DNA of 64,000 nucleotides, taken from contig CP086569.2 of NCBI GenBank assembly GCA_009914755.4, positions 21,824,001 to 21,888,000 of the forward strand. The letters are read 5' to 3'. Origin of the DNA: the human T2T-CHM13v2.0 reference genome, Homo sapiens. Under the pieces are notes generated by a model that saw only the letters and a program-made list of their open reading frames with translations, did not search any database and had not been told where the DNA came from. Shown here piece after piece: positions 38,440-51,420 of the stretch. The translations under genes and the position numbers were made by a program. Each line of letters opens with the position of its first letter. Positions within the stretch are counted from its first letter, which is position 1.

Positions 38440-39535
38440 CCTAGAGATATATCCCAATGCCCATTTTCAGCAAGAAACTGGCAGAATAATCACACATCCT
38501 GGGTGCTGGAGCCAGTTACAAGTCACTGTCTTTTCTATGGGCATTGCTTAGTGAGAAGAGTCATATTACCTAGTTTCTGGGTAAAAAGTTCTGTCACAAT
38601 CTCCCTTACAGGGAAGCCCAGGTAGCAGAAGAGTGTCACATGAAATAGTTGATGGGATCAGATACATGTCTCAATGCTACCTGTGGGCAGGGATATTGCA
38701 AAAGAATTACATCACCTGTGTGTTCAGCCAGGGGATAAGTAGCCCTTTTTTCTATAGGCACAGTCCAGGCAGGACAGGAGAGTTACCTAGGTCTTGGGTC
38801 CAGAGTTTTATTCTATAGGGAAACCCCAGTTAAGAGAGACACACCACATAGTCGCTGGACATAGAGATATGTCACAATGACCTCTGTAGAAGAGAGAGAG
38901 GAGACTCATATTACACTGATTCTGGCTTCAAAAATATATCACAATGCCTTCTGATGAAAAGGACAATGCAAACATTTAACATCACCTTAGTGTTGGGACT
39001 AGCAGTATGTCACAATCTGTCCTTCAGGCAGAACCTATAAATAAGTGGAGAGTCACATCAGCCAATTGATGGGCACAGAGATAGATCACAATGCCTTTTA
39101 TGAGCAGGTGTGAGGCAGGAAAAGAGAATCACATCGCCTAAATAATGAGTGCAGCGATATCTTACAATGCTTCCAGTAGTCAGGGACCAGGCAGGAGAGT
39201 TACATAACTCTAGTGTTATGTAACAATTGCCCATATGGGTAGAACATAAGTAGAAGGGTTACAACATCTGGTTATATGGCCCAGCAATGCTTCACAACAC
39301 CAACAAAGGACAGAAGACTCACATTACCTGGGTGCAAGGCTCAGCAATATGTCAAAGTGCTCCCTGTACATTAAGCCAAAACTTAAGAAAAAGTCACCTT
39401 GTGATGTGTTCAGCAATATGTCATAGTCTCATCAGTGAACTCAGCTCTGGCAGGAGAGTCAAATTACTCAGGTGCTGGGCAAAAGTGTATGTCACAATCA
39501 CACCTTCAGGAAGGTCCAGGGATGAGATTAAAAAT
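38440..39535. repeat. Beta-satellite-like tandem array (about 15 diverged monomers of about 72 bp)
   Basis: Repeated motifs (a/g)gagtcacat(c/t)acc...ggtgctgg...cagcaatatgtcacaat...ctgtgggcag recur at about a 70-75 bp spacing, with substantial divergence between monomers. Confidence 0.7.
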
Positions 39536-39610
39536 CCAGCACATGTCCCAGTTCTAGTAAACACATGTCCCAGTTCTAAAAATCCAGCATATGTCCCAGC
39601 CTCCCGTATG
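39535..39610. repeat. Short tandem triplet of a ~22 bp unit
   Basis: atccagcacatgtcccagttctagtaaac / acatgtcccagttctaaaa / atccagcatatgtcccagcc. Confidence 0.6.
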
Positions 39611-40560
39611 CTGGGTCTAAGTACCTGAGTCAAAATCTTAATGGTGGACTGGATAACTACATTAGAGCCCTTAATGGTGGACTGGACTCTCCCTAGAGAA
39701 CTGTGCCATTTTAATGAAGACAGACTAACAGATGTGCTGAATCTTGATCTGAGAGTCACCAACCCACCCCTGTGAGAGATTCACATATAGGAGTCAATTT
39801 TCAGACTTTCTACTGCTTCTGGGAATGAGATTCAGAACTTCAACAGTGGGTTGTGTATTCATGAGAGGATAACTATCTTTTATGCATGAAATGACTGCCA
39901 CAATCTCACTTTCTGGACACATTGGAAAACTCTTTACAATCCAAGGATGTAATGTGGTATGCCTGAGAATCACAATTTGCTCTGAGACCTTTGTGTTGGT
40001 TTGGACCCATGATTCTCCATGTGGCTGTAAGCCCAGGCATGACAGTCAACATCTTTCAAATTGGCTGGGTTAAGATTATAGAATCCTCACTGGACTGAGC
40101 TGGGTTTAGAAATGAGACACTATTTCAACCGTGGCTGGATGTTTATATGTGTTGGTGAAAATTCAAGCTGCATTCACCTGTGAGACTCAGAGCTTCACTA
40201 GTGGGCCCTGCAGTGTGTGAATGTAACTATTCTAATGGTTGGTGGGGTGTTCAAAAGAAAAACATAATTTCTGTAACATCTTATGGCTTAATGTGATATT
40301 AAGCATATATCATATTGTAGTAAAAAATGGTAATGCTCTATAACCTCCATGCAAATAGGAAACCTAGAATCTTACTTATTTCCTTAAGCCCAGTTATGAG
40401 ACAGTATCTCTCCTACTGGCTGTTCGGAGGGATGGGAGTCATCATTACATTTGTGAGCTGCACAGAGGTATATGTCACAATTCACCTCTGTGTTTGGAGG
40501 GAATTGTCGTGACAGTCACATCACCTGGGCACCGAACCACAGATATGTAAAAATCTTCCC
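39610..40560. repeat. Divergent ~0.95 kb satellite block (block A): degenerate monomers related to the beta-satellite-like unit, ending in 2-3 canonical monomers
   Basis: Contains recurring ...gagagtcac(c/a)a.c.cacc..., ...gagattcagaacttcaacagtgggttgtg... and ...ctctcctactggctg...gagtcatcattacatttgtgagctgc...gtatatgtcacaattcacc. It has the same internal order as the blocks at 49400-50340 and 54440-55330. Confidence 0.6.
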
Positions 40561-40699
40561 TTGGAACAGGAATTAAAAGAAATTAAAGAATGTGTAAGCA
40601 GAAACTCAGTTGTGTGTAAGAAAACCAAATTCCCCCTAAGAAAGAAAAAGAGCTGGAGTCATTTAAAAATTAAGTGCCTGATTTTCTGTGGCTAGTGTG

Positions 40700-41056
40700 C
40701 CTTATTTCTCCTCTTTTCCCAGGCATGCTGAAGATCCTATGTCTCTAGCTGTGCAGCTGCAAGGTCACTAGACAGATAAACTCAAGTCATAAAACGTGTT
40801 TTTTTCTTGAAAAGTAAGAAATTACGTAATGCATGTCTCAATTAATTAAATAACTGTATTTGTTTCTGGCTTTTGTAATATGATTCCCCCTCCACAGATC
40901 TCCCCCTGCCCCCAGCCCCACAAAGTGCTTAAAAGGTATCTTAACTCTGTTCAGGGCTCAGTCTTTTGGATGTTTATTCTACTGGGCCAGTGTACTTAAA
41001 TAATAAATATCCTCCTGAACCCGATCAGTCTCTCTGATTCCTTCTCAATCCCATAA
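40700..41056 (+). repeat. Possible 5' LTR / leader of the class I ERV (boundaries uncertain)
   Basis: Non-satellite sequence directly upstream of gag with an AATAAA signal (ttaaataataaatatcc near 41000). No matching 3' LTR was found for confirmation. Confidence 0.3.
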
Positions 41057-41981
41057 CATTTCTGGGGGCTTATGCAAGATCGGAGGTGACAGATTTACTG
41101 TCTCCTTTGCCTGCAAGACTAGGACCATTGGGCTGAGGGAGACCTGGCATCCAAAGCACACTGTTAGGGAGTTTCACTCAAATAGAGACTGGCTCTTCCA
41201 ACATCCTTGTGGCCTGCCCAGCAGTGCAATGAAACCTGGGATGGGGCTGCAGGATGATACCGGCACTTCAGTAACTGTGGTAAGGCATAAGAGCCCAAGG
41301 CAGGAAAGCCCATCACATAGGAATGAATGGGAGCTTGATCACCTCTTGGGAACTGGCCAACCCAGAGTGACTGGGGGTGTCAGGAGTGGCCTGACAATTT
41401 GGATGAGCCTCATATCCCCATTAACAAAATGAAAGGGAGAAAATGTGCCAATACAGTGGCAAGAGCAGCAAGATAGAGCTTGCTGGCAGGGTGGCAAGAG
41501 TGGCTTGCCACCTCAACTGAGAGTGTGTGGGTGCATGTGAACCTACCCAGGACATGAGAGAGGGTTGTTTCATCCAATGAGGAGTCCTCGGGTAGGAGTG
41601 GTGTGTGTATGTATGTAAATGTGGGAACCTAACTAGTCTCACCCAAGACATGAGAGAGAGTTGTTTCATCCAATGAGGAGTCCTGGGGCATGGGAGGTGT
41701 GTGAAAGTGTGTGAAAGAGATGGTCTTGGGAGAGGACAATGTGGGGAAAGATGTGGGGAGACACAGGTCCCTTAGCATGGGCTTTGTGCTCCAAGGTGAG
41801 TGCAGGGGAAATCAGACTTGGATATTGCATAGGGCTGATAGGACCAGCTTTGCAGCCATAGCAGGCTGTAACAGAGGAAGACACGTTCCTGGCTAAGGAG
41901 CATCTGAAACTCCCATAATAGGACCCAGTCTTATGGACCCAAGAGTAAAAGTGAGGGTGAAAGTGCAACCCAAGGGAGGAA

Positions 41982-43200
41982 ATGGGAGGGAAAGCATTGA
42001 AACTAACTCCTTTGGAGTGCATGATAAAGAATTTTAAAAAAGGATTTAGAGGTAATTGTAGGATGAAACTGGATGTTCAAAAGTTAAGGACATACTTTGA
42101 ATTAGAATAGCCCTCTTTTAGTGTCAGAGGGCTGGCCAAAAGCACTACAGAGAAATTGGCTGCATGTTGTAAGGTGGTGACTAAGGTCAGAGGACAGCCA
42201 GGGCATTCAGACCTGGTCTTTATATTGACTCATATCTAAATGAATGCAGCCCTGCCTAGCAGTTTATTGTAGAATGCTCACTGCTCTCTCTTGCTGAGAG
42301 AGAAATCAGCTGCACTGGCTGTGAAAGAGAAAGTCACAGACACTTATAGCACTGCCTAGCCAAAGTGAAAGTAAAAATCAGCTGCCCTGGAAGGTATAGA
42401 GACAAAAGAAAAGTCTCAGGAAAGGCAGAAAAAACAGTTTTGCAAGAACCAAAGGAGGGAATAGAGACCCCTCCTCCCTACATTCCAATCTACCTCCCTT
42501 CACCAAGGCTAACTGCCCCTAAGGAGTTAAGTTCAAATGGATACACACTCCTAGTCTCACCTGAGAAGGAGAAATCAGAGCTCCAGGAAGTTAACATGAA
42601 AGGCTTGAAAAGGCAGGCAGGCAATCTTAGTCCCTGTCGTGCCCAAGTCATGCTTATGCCTCTTAAGAGGACAAGAGGACACCCATTATGACCCAAATGA
42701 TGCAGTCCAGCTTCAGCACCTGCAAAGATGCCAAGAAACATTTCTGCAAAGGATAAAACATAATAAAAGAAAAAGTCAACCAATGTAAAAAATCTCAGAG
42801 GTGCTCCAGGGGCAGATAAAAGCACCAACCAGTTTTATAAAATACTGTGTGAGGCATTTAGTTGTACTCTCCATTTAACCCTAAGTCCGCTGAAAATCAG
42901 TTTATGGTGAGTACAGCATTTGCAAGGCAGGCCCAGGGAGATACCAGGCATAAATTTCAGAACTTGGAAGCTCCATAGGCATGAATGCTACTAAGCTTAT
43001 TAAAGTGGCTACCAAGGTGTATGTTAACTGAGATCAGGAGTCATGGACGTGGGCGTGAATGCAGTCATGAACAAGGCCTGTCTGGACAGGGGTTTAAAAG
43101 CTAGCTGAGGCTAAAGAAAAATTAATGTGCATGGTGCAAAAGGAAAGGACACAGGAAGAATAAATTTCAAAAGAATAAGAAGAATGGTCTGGGCCCTGGT
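41982..43200 (+). pseudogene. gag pseudogene of the class I ERV (MA, p12 PPPY, truncated CA, NC)
   Basis: See the parent feature. Stops and frameshifts throughout. Confidence 0.65.
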
Positions 43201-43249
43201 ATAAAAACACCACCGGCTGAGGGCTACTGCACCCAGGAGAAACCCAAGA

Positions 43250-45520
43250 CCCCCTGCACCTGCTGTGGTAGGCAGGGTATATAATGTCAGGAAAAAAGCT
43301 CAAATCTACTCTAAAAGTGTCCAGTATTCAAGCTTTTATACAAGTCAAAAAGAAAGATGGCTTAGTAGTGAACAAATGCAGGCTGTTTGTGCACTTTCCT
43401 ATTCTAATCTCCAGGCATCAATCAAGAGAGTTCTTAAGGTCAGTAAGGTTCTGCCATATTTAGATCCCAAATTTCTTGCTCATGGTTAAAACATTATATG
43501 AAGCAACAAAGAGGAAGAAAAAAGGAGCCCCTCCTCTAGGAGACCAACCAGGAGAAGACTTTTAAAGAAATCAAAAAAGCCTTGACACAGTCCCCAGCTT
43601 TAGGACTGCCAGATCTAACTAAGCTTTTCTTGTATGCCCACAAGTGAAAGGGAGGCCATAGAGATTCTAACTCAAGCCATAAAGTCATGGCATTACCCAG
43701 TGACATGCCTACCCAGGCAATTAGATTCTGTGGCACTTGGTTGGCCTCCTTGTTTTAAGCACTAGCTGCCACTGCCCTACTGTTACAAGAAGCTAATAAA
43801 CTGACTTTAGAGACTGTGAACACCCTAAACCTGGCTACCTTGCTCCTCATCAAGTCAGTGCCAGGAGGCCCCCTTCATTGCTGTTTGGACATGGTAGATA
43901 AAGTGTTCTCAAGCCAGAGAGATTTAACAGATCGGCCCCTAATGGACCCAGATATTGAACATTTTACTGATAAAAGCAGTTTCATACTAAAGGTAGTCTG
44001 CCAAGCTGGGTACACAGTGGTGACTTTAGACTCAGTAGTAAAAGTGCAGTCTTTGCTTACAGAAATTTCTGTTTCAAAAGCAGAAATAATGGCTCTGACA
44101 AGAGATCCTAGAACAAGAACATAAGACAAATATTTACACAGATTCCAAGTATGCTTCTGCCACTTTGCATCTTCATGAGGCTATTTACAAAGAAAGAAAG
44201 AAAGATTTTTAATGGCTGGAAGTAAAGAAATAAAGTTCAAGGAAGAAATTCTATAGCTCTAAGATGCTGTAGGGGTCTCAATACAGATGTCAGTGATGCA
44301 CTGCAAGAGGTACCAAAAAGCAAAAACACTAAAGGCTAAAGAAAATAGAAAGACAGTCAAAGAAGCAAACCAGGCTGCAATGACAACTCTACCTTCTAAA
44401 GAGGAAGCCTTAGTTATGCCTCTCCTCCTGGAGATTCTTCTCCTAGAGATCCCAAGCTACTCTCCAAATGAAAGGGCTTGGTTTGCCTGGAAAAATAAGA
44501 ACTACATTGAAGAAGAGTGGTAAAAATTCCCCAATAGGAGGCTAGCCATACCTGAAATGGCGGCCCCCAGATTTGTAAAACAGTTCAACCAAGGAATTTA
44601 CATGGAAAAAAAAATTAAAGACATTATTAAGGCATCATTTCTATGTGTCATGGCTCACTGCTATTACTCGAGCCATTTGTAAACAAACAGTGTTTAACTT
44701 GCACTCAAAACAATCCATGACAAAGGCCTACTTGGTCTACAGGAGTTCAGGAAACAGGAGCCATGCCCCGTAAGAAAACTGTTTTTGCCCTGTAAAAAAC
44801 TATGTACATCACAGAATTGCCTGGAGAGGGGGGCTATCAGTACATGGTGGTGTTCATTTACACCTTTTCAAGATAAGTCAAGGCCTTCTCCATCCAGACA
44901 GAGAAGGCACTAGGTGTCAGCAACGTGTTGTTAGGACACATTATTCCCAGAAGTGGACGGCTTCTAACTCTAAGATCAGACAATGGACCAACATTTGTGG
45001 CTGAAATAGTTCAGAAATTAACTTGACTATTTAAAAATAAAGTGGAAATTACATACAGCCTACAGGCCACAGAGCTCAGGTAAAGTGGAGAGCATAAACC
45101 AGACACTGAAACAGCTGCTGAAGCACTTTTGTCAAAAAACTCATCAAAGGTAGGATCTGGTCTTGTCCATAGTCCTCCTCCAAGTCAGGTGCACCCCCAC
45201 CAAACAAACTGGGCATTTGCCTTATAAGATTTTGTTCAGCTGGCCATCCCCCATCGTCAGTCAAATTAAAGGTAATCTCTGTAAACTAGCACAACTAACT
45301 TCAAGAAAGCAAATGAAGACTTTAAATATGGCCATGTGAAAAATGTATGACTAGGTATTAAAAAAATGCCTATAAATTTAACAGACCCAGTACACCCTTT
45401 CAAACTTAAGGACTTTGTTTAGGTTAAAAATAGAATCCAACCACACTCAGACCCATAGAGGATAGGCCTCATACTGTGATCCTGTCTATTCCCACTGCTG
45501 TTAAAGTTGCAGGTGTCACA
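43250..45520 (+). pseudogene. pol pseudogene of the class I ERV (RT C-terminal part, RNase H, integrase); protease and RT N-terminal part deleted
   Basis: See the parent feature. Confidence 0.65.
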
Positions 45521-47340
45521 CCTTGGATTCATCATAGCTGGCTGAAACCAGTGACAATAGTGACTCCCGATGACAACCAGTGGATTAACCAACAAGAATC
45601 AGATTATGCCACTTGAATAGTCCTACAGCAAAACCCAACCACCGGTAAGAAGGACAACTGCCCTGCTAGGGCCACATCAGAGGCTGGTCAGTCTATGCAC
45701 TGCTGAAGCTTGAGGATCCTCCAAGCTCTGCTCTAGGCACATCTCAGAAGCTGACTAGTCTATGCACAGCTGAAGCTAAGAGGACCATCTCCAGTTAACT
45801 AAATGTGGATACAATTTATAAGCCTAGTTATAATTCTGTCAAACTGATTGTTCTGTTGTTATGTTATTACTGAAAATGCTGCAAATGTCTATGCCAAGAG
45901 GAAGGTTTGCTGTGCCCATGTGTAGTGTAAGCATGTTTCTATTACATATACTAATATTGTTAACATTTCGGCCTATACTAAAAACAGGAAAAATCTCTAA
46001 AAGGATGTCCACACTGTGTACACACTACCGGGGTAGGAATACAATAGTTGAAACTCCACTGTACCATACCTACTATGAATGTGCAAAAACCAATTTAAGA
46101 ATCTGCACATACAACCAGACCACATATTCAGTCTGTGACCCAGACAATAATCAGCTATATGTATGTTATGACATACCCTAAGCTCTTACCCTATGAATTC
46201 TGGTGTGAGGTACATATTAAATTAGAGAAACAAATAAAGGAGAGCTTATAGCTTGAACAAAAGAAGCCTCTCCCTCCTATAAAGGACCTATTTCCATGCA
46301 CTTTGATGCCTGCCATGCCTCATATGTTCATAATTCTAAAAAACCGGAAGCAGTCTGCAATGGTTTGACATAAGAGAGGCTTAGCAGCAGCAGTCCTAAA
46401 CATCTGTACAGAGAACCACAAATAGGTTGCCCAGGCTGTAATATTGCATGGCTTATTCTAACACAGCTCCAATACTTATATTCGGGAAAGGCTGCTCAGC
46501 TAAGTACTATGTCAGCCAAACCAAATTGTAAGACAAGGACATGCAATCCTTTAAATTTTACTATCTTAAAGCCAGAGCAACCTTTTTGGTCTACAGGACA
46601 GACAGCACTATTATGAGTTGATAGATAAGTAGCAGGTCTTGGAATTCTACTACTAATTGTCAAAAAGACTAGAAGGACTCAGATGCATCCAACCTCACAA
46701 TTCTGGGTCTATAAGTCATTCTATTAGCATTTTGATTAGTCAGTTCATGATGTTCCCCCATCAACAAAAAACCTATTTTCTCAACTAGCTGAAAACATAG
46801 CTGGCAGGTTAGGAATTTTCTAATGCTATGAATGTGGAGGAACTAATATGGAAGACCAGTGGCCATGGGAGGCAAAGAAATTAATGCCAAAATATAATTT
46901 GACTTTACCTAACCCTGCCAGTAAACCAATAGCTTCAGCCAGTATTTGGTTGTTAAAAATTCTCCATAATTGGAAAGTACCATATCAACCAATGGAGAAA
47001 GGCTTTCACAAAGGCAGTAGGAGAAACAACCTGTCTAAGGCAACAGTGCTATGATGACATTAAAAACAAAACTCTACAGAGAAATGCCCAGAACAACTCC
47101 CACTTACCAGATCCAAACACTTTCTCTTGATTCTCTACTCAAAGCCACACTTGGCATCAGCTAGAGGCTCCAAATGCTTGGAAGGCACTCTCTGTTCTAT
47201 ATTGAATCTGTAGAGCACAGACGTATTGGCAAATGACAGCTAAATGGACAGGGGCATATGTTTTAAGAACAATCAAGCTATCCTTCTTTCTAATTCCTCT
47301 AAAACAAGGGGAAAGCTTAGAATATCCAGTTTATGATATG
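45520..47340 (+). pseudogene. env-region remnant of the class I ERV, ending at the satellite boundary
   Basis: ORFs 45861..46181 and 46848..47054 lie in the expected env position. No clear TM or LTR motif is recognisable before satellite monomers begin at about 47340. Confidence 0.4.
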
Positions 47341-47650
47341 TCACAATTCTTCCCATGGACAGGGAACCAGCAGAAAAAGAGTCACGTTTTAAATGATGGA
47401 TGCAAAGATATGTCATAAGGCCTCCTGTGGGCAGATCCCAGGCAGGAGACTCTAACCCTCTAAATTTTGGGCCCAGCAATATGTCCAAATATGCAAAATA
47501 TGCAAGGAACCAGAAAAAAAAAAGAGTCACATCACCTAGATGCTTTGTCCACTGATATTTCACAATCCCTTTTTTGACATGGCTTGGGCAGATGAGAAGA
47601 GTCATAATCCTGTAGTCTCCATAATACACCATGACATAACCGTCTCATTG
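47340..47650. repeat. Beta-satellite-like monomers (about 4)
   Basis: gagtcacgttttaaatgatggatgcaaagatatgtcataaggcctcctgtgggcagatcccaggcaggagac ... gagtcacatcacctagatgctttgtccactgatatttcacaatccc ... Confidence 0.65.
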
Positions 47651-47884
47651 TCTGAGAGTATCCCTTTGTTCTACATCCAAGAAGATTAAGGAGTGAGGAC
47701 ATAAGGGTGATGCTGGAGTGAAAGTTTAATAAGCAAAAGAAGAAAACTCTCTGCTAGTGGAGACGAGGCCTCAAATGGGTTGCCCACTATAAGGCTGGGA
47801 TCCTGGTATTTTAGGGGTTGTGGAGAGAAAGGAATGTGCGTAGTCTGCAGGCTGTCTTAAAGAATACATGTTTCAACTTGACCC

Positions 47885-47980
47885 AGGATCTTGGCTCAGG
47901 ACCAATCAGAGGCTGAAGTGAAAATCTGGCCTAGGATCTTGGCTTAGGATCAATCAGAGGCTGAAATGATGATTTATAGA
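47885..47980. repeat. Tandem duplication of a ~40 bp unit
   Basis: ggatcttggctcaggaccaatcagaggctgaagtgaaaatctggccta / ggatcttggcttaggatcaatcagaggctgaaatgatg. Confidence 0.7.
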
Positions 47981-49399
47981 GGCTGCATTTACAATCCAAA
48001 AAGGAAAGTAAATAAGTAAGCGGCCCACGAGAACACACCAGAGCCCACTGTGTTTGTGCCCAGCAAACAAAAGGAGAAGGAACAACAAAGGCATTTCTAT
48101 GTCAGGCTGTGTTTCTGTATCTGAGTAAGATGGAGGTTTGTGCAAGTTTTTCTCCAAATGGGCCAGAGGCTCTCTTATCTGTGCATCCGTGGGCATGTCT
48201 TCAGGCACAACCGCTGTTAGAATTTTCTTATTGATGCCTGCAGCTTGATTTTTTCCCAGGCTTCTTTTTATGTTACGTGGGGATGAGGCGCTGACTTGTG
48301 AGTCAGGGGCTTTCTAGGGACACTTCCCTTGCTGTCTACATAAGGCAAGTTAGCTAACTTCTCTCAATATCACCTAGGTAGTAAATGAAAAAATAATCAT
48401 ATATATGTGTTATAATACACCGGGATGGTGGGTCCATGCAAGAGATTTACATCACCTTGGTGTTGAATCCTTTTATGTAGCAAAATACACAATAAATACA
48501 GGGCCCAAGCAGGAGAGAAAATTCACATCATCTGATTGCTTAGTCCAGCTATATGTCACAATCTTTCTTGTGGACATAGTCTACATAAGACATGTAAGTT
48601 TCATCAAATAGTGATAAGCCTAGAAAGGTGTTGCAGTGCCCCCTTTGAGCAGGAATCAGGCAGAAGAATCACATCAACCGTATGTTGGTGTCAGTGATAA
48701 GTCACTGTCTCATCTGTGGGCATGGCTCAGCCAGGAAAGGATAGTAATATTACCATTGTGCTGGGCCCAGAGATATGTCACAATCTCTCCTATGGACAAA
48801 GTCCAGGTAAAAAGCCAGAATCGCATCAAACAGTAGATATGTTCAGAGATATGTCACAACTGTTTATTTAAAAAGGGTCCAGACAGGAGGCTCATATCAC
48901 CTTTCTCCTGGGCCCAGCTGTATGTCACAATGTCTCCTGCAGGCAGGACAAAGGCAAAATGATAACATCACCTTGGCCTAATAATATGTCACAATCTTTT
49001 CTGAGGGCATAAGATAGGAAGAAAAGAGTAACTTCAGGAAGATTCTGGGTGCAATATGTCAAAATTTCCACTGTGAGCAGCAGTCAGTCAGTAGAAGAAA
49101 TTCACATAACCTGTGTGCTGGGCAAGAGATAATCACCATTCTCTTAGTTTGTAGGGCTTAGGAATTAGATTTATACCATCTGGGTGTTGGACCCAGCAAT
49201 ATTGCACAATGGACTATATGGACACATCACATTCAGGAGAGTCACATAAACTGAATGTAGGGGCCAGCAATATTTCATAATACCACCAGTGTGCTGGGAA
49301 CAGGGAGGAGATTCAATAACTCATGTGCTGTACTGAGACATACATCACAATAACATCTACAGAAAGTCCCAGGAATAAGATTTACCATCTTGCAAAACT

Positions 49400-50340
49400 T
49401 TCAGTTTTAGGTATGAAAGTCAACACCTCCTGTATATTGAGTCTAACTGCATGATTCACAGCCTCAATGGTGAACCACATCTGTGAATGACAGCTTCAAT
49501 CTCTCCTGTAAATTGTGTCCCTTTGGTGGAGTCACAGCCTGACAGGTGGTTAAATCTTAGTCTGAGAGTCACCAGCCTACCTGTATACAAGATCCATGTA
49601 CACAATTCAATTTTACAGCTTTAAATTGCCTTTGAATATGAGATTCAGAACAACAGTGTGTTGCATTTGTCCAGAATTATGACAATCTATATGGTTAGCT
49701 GGGTAAAAATAAGAGTGTCACAATCTCAACAGTGTGCTGGATTCTGTTAGAACACTCTCTAATGCCACCTAAAGGTGTTATTCATGAGAGTGTGTATAAG
49801 AGTAGAAATTTTCCCTGAGAACTTCATGCTTATATGGACCTATGATTATGTTTGTAGCACTAAACCTAAATATGAGAGTCAACATCTCTCCAATTGGCTA
49901 GGTTTGGATATGAGAGTGTCTATGAGCTAAGTTTAGTAATGAATCAAGATCTCAACTTTCACATATAACAGACAAAATTTCAACTGTGGACTGCATTCAC
50001 ACATGAGATTCTGGGCCTCACCAATGAGCTGTATTCATGGGATAGAATGACAGTATTAAAGGTTGGTGTGGTGTGCATATGAGAAAATTTCACCTGTGTT
50101 CTCTCTCTTTATAAAACTCTCTGTACCACCCTAGAACTTTACAAAATGTGCAAGAGAGTAGCAATCCTCTATGGCAATTTTACAAACAGGAGACTCTGGA
50201 TGTTACTGGTTTCCCCAAACCTAGCTATAAGAGAGAGTATCTCTCCTATTGCCTGACTTTAGCTATGAGAGTCATCATCACACCTTTGAGCTGGGCCAAG
50301 GTATGTGTTACAATCTTACTTGTTAGTAGGGAGTAAGCAG
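49400..50340. repeat. Divergent satellite block B (about 0.95 kb)
   Basis: Collinear with block A (39610-40560) and block C (54440-55330). For example ...gagattcagaacaacagtgtgttgc..., ...ctctcctattgcctgactttagctatgagagtcatcatcacacctttgagctgggccaaggtatgtgttacaatc. Confidence 0.6.
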
Positions 50341-51129
50341 AAGAGCCACATCACCTCGGTGTTAGGCCAGATATATGTCACAATCTTCCCTGATGGCAGG
50401 GACCTGGCTGGAGAGCCACATCACTCAAGTGTTCAGCCAGGGATATGTTAAATTCCCTCTTGAAAGCAAAGCACAAGAAGTAGTCACATAACTTATGTTC
50501 TGGGCTCAGCAATATATTACCATCTCTTCTGTGAGCAAAACCCATGTTGAAGAGACTCATTACTTGGCTTTTGGGCACAGTGATATGTCACAGTTTTTCC
50601 TGTGAGAAGGATGCAGGAAGAAGAGGAGAGACGTGTCTCCTGGGTGTTAGATGCAGAAATATCTCACAAGGTTCTCTGTGAGCAAGGCACTGGCAGATGC
50701 CTACCACCTTCTAGGTGTCATATTCAGTGATATGTAACAATATACAAAATACACAGTCAAAATACAAAATGGATGCAGGCTCAGGTAGGAGATGGGAGTC
50801 ACATTACCTAGTTGCTGGGCCCAGCAATACATGAATCTTTCCAATTCCTCATTGGCAAAAGCCCAAGCAGTAGAGGAAATTCAAATTATCTTAGTGCAGG
50901 GACCAGCAATATTGCAATACCTGCTGAATCCAGAACCCAAAGAAAGATGTCACGTCAGCTAGGTAAGAGCCCAAAGAAAAATTACAATGACCCCTGCGGG
51001 TAGCAAAAAATCATGGAAGTAGAATAACATCTCTTGGTTCAGTCATATGTCACAATGCTTTCTGTGAGCAGAAACCAGCTGCGTAGAGACAGTCACATCG
51101 CCTGTGTGATTGGTGTAGAGGTATGTCAC

Positions 51130-51420
51130 AATGTGTGAAAATCTTGTCATTGAAGTGTGCATATGAGACACTCAATCTCACCTGGCTTCTGGGTTCTGTT
51201 ATGACACTCACCAGAGGGCTTTATAGGATATGTGAGAGACAGGTAATCTTGTTACCTGTGTAGAATTAGAAGACGCAATACTTTACCCTTTTTTCTAATC
51301 TTAGCTGTGAGAGACAATATCTCTCTTATTGGCTGGTTCAAGGTATCAGAGTCAGCATCATGTCTGTGAGCTATGCAATGGTATATGTAAGAATCCCACC
51401 TATGGATAGGGGTCATGCAG
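51130..51420. repeat. Partial divergent satellite block
   Basis: ...tcttagctgtgagagacaatatctctcttattggctggttcaaggtatcagagtcagcatcatgtctgtgagctatgcaatggtatatgtaagaatcccacc, which corresponds to the 3' portion of blocks A, B and C. Confidence 0.5.

Larger units (their letters stand above)
40700..47340 (+). mobile_element. Class I (gammaretrovirus-like; HERV-W/HERV-9/HERV-H-like group) endogenous retrovirus with internal deletions and no recognisable 3' LTR, embedded in satellite DNA
   Basis: gag starts at 41982 (MGGKALKLTPLECMIKNFKKGF). A PPPY late-domain motif is encoded near 42470 (ORF 42365..42691: ...ETPPPYIPIYLPSP...). NC zinc knuckles are near 43110-43170 (CAWCKRKGHRKNKF). RT C-terminal motifs are near 43560-43620 ([21 protein letters not shown], compare MLV [23 protein letters not shown]). 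RNase H is in ORF 43816..44124 (...TDKSSF...KAEIMALTRD). Integrase C-terminus is near 45440-45520 (PTAVKVAGVTPWIHHSWLKPV, compare HERV-W PTAVKVAGVESWIHHTRVKPW). Env-like ORFs lie at 45861..46181 and 46848..47054. The protease and most of RT are missing (about 1.5-1.7 kb deleted). Confidence 0.8.

Noticed and set aside
39610-40560. Naming the ~0.95 kb divergent blocks as LSau
   Set aside because: LSau is associated with beta-satellite and D4Z4, but I cannot recall its consensus sequence and these blocks are not GC-rich. The description is left as a divergent block of beta-satellite-like monomers.
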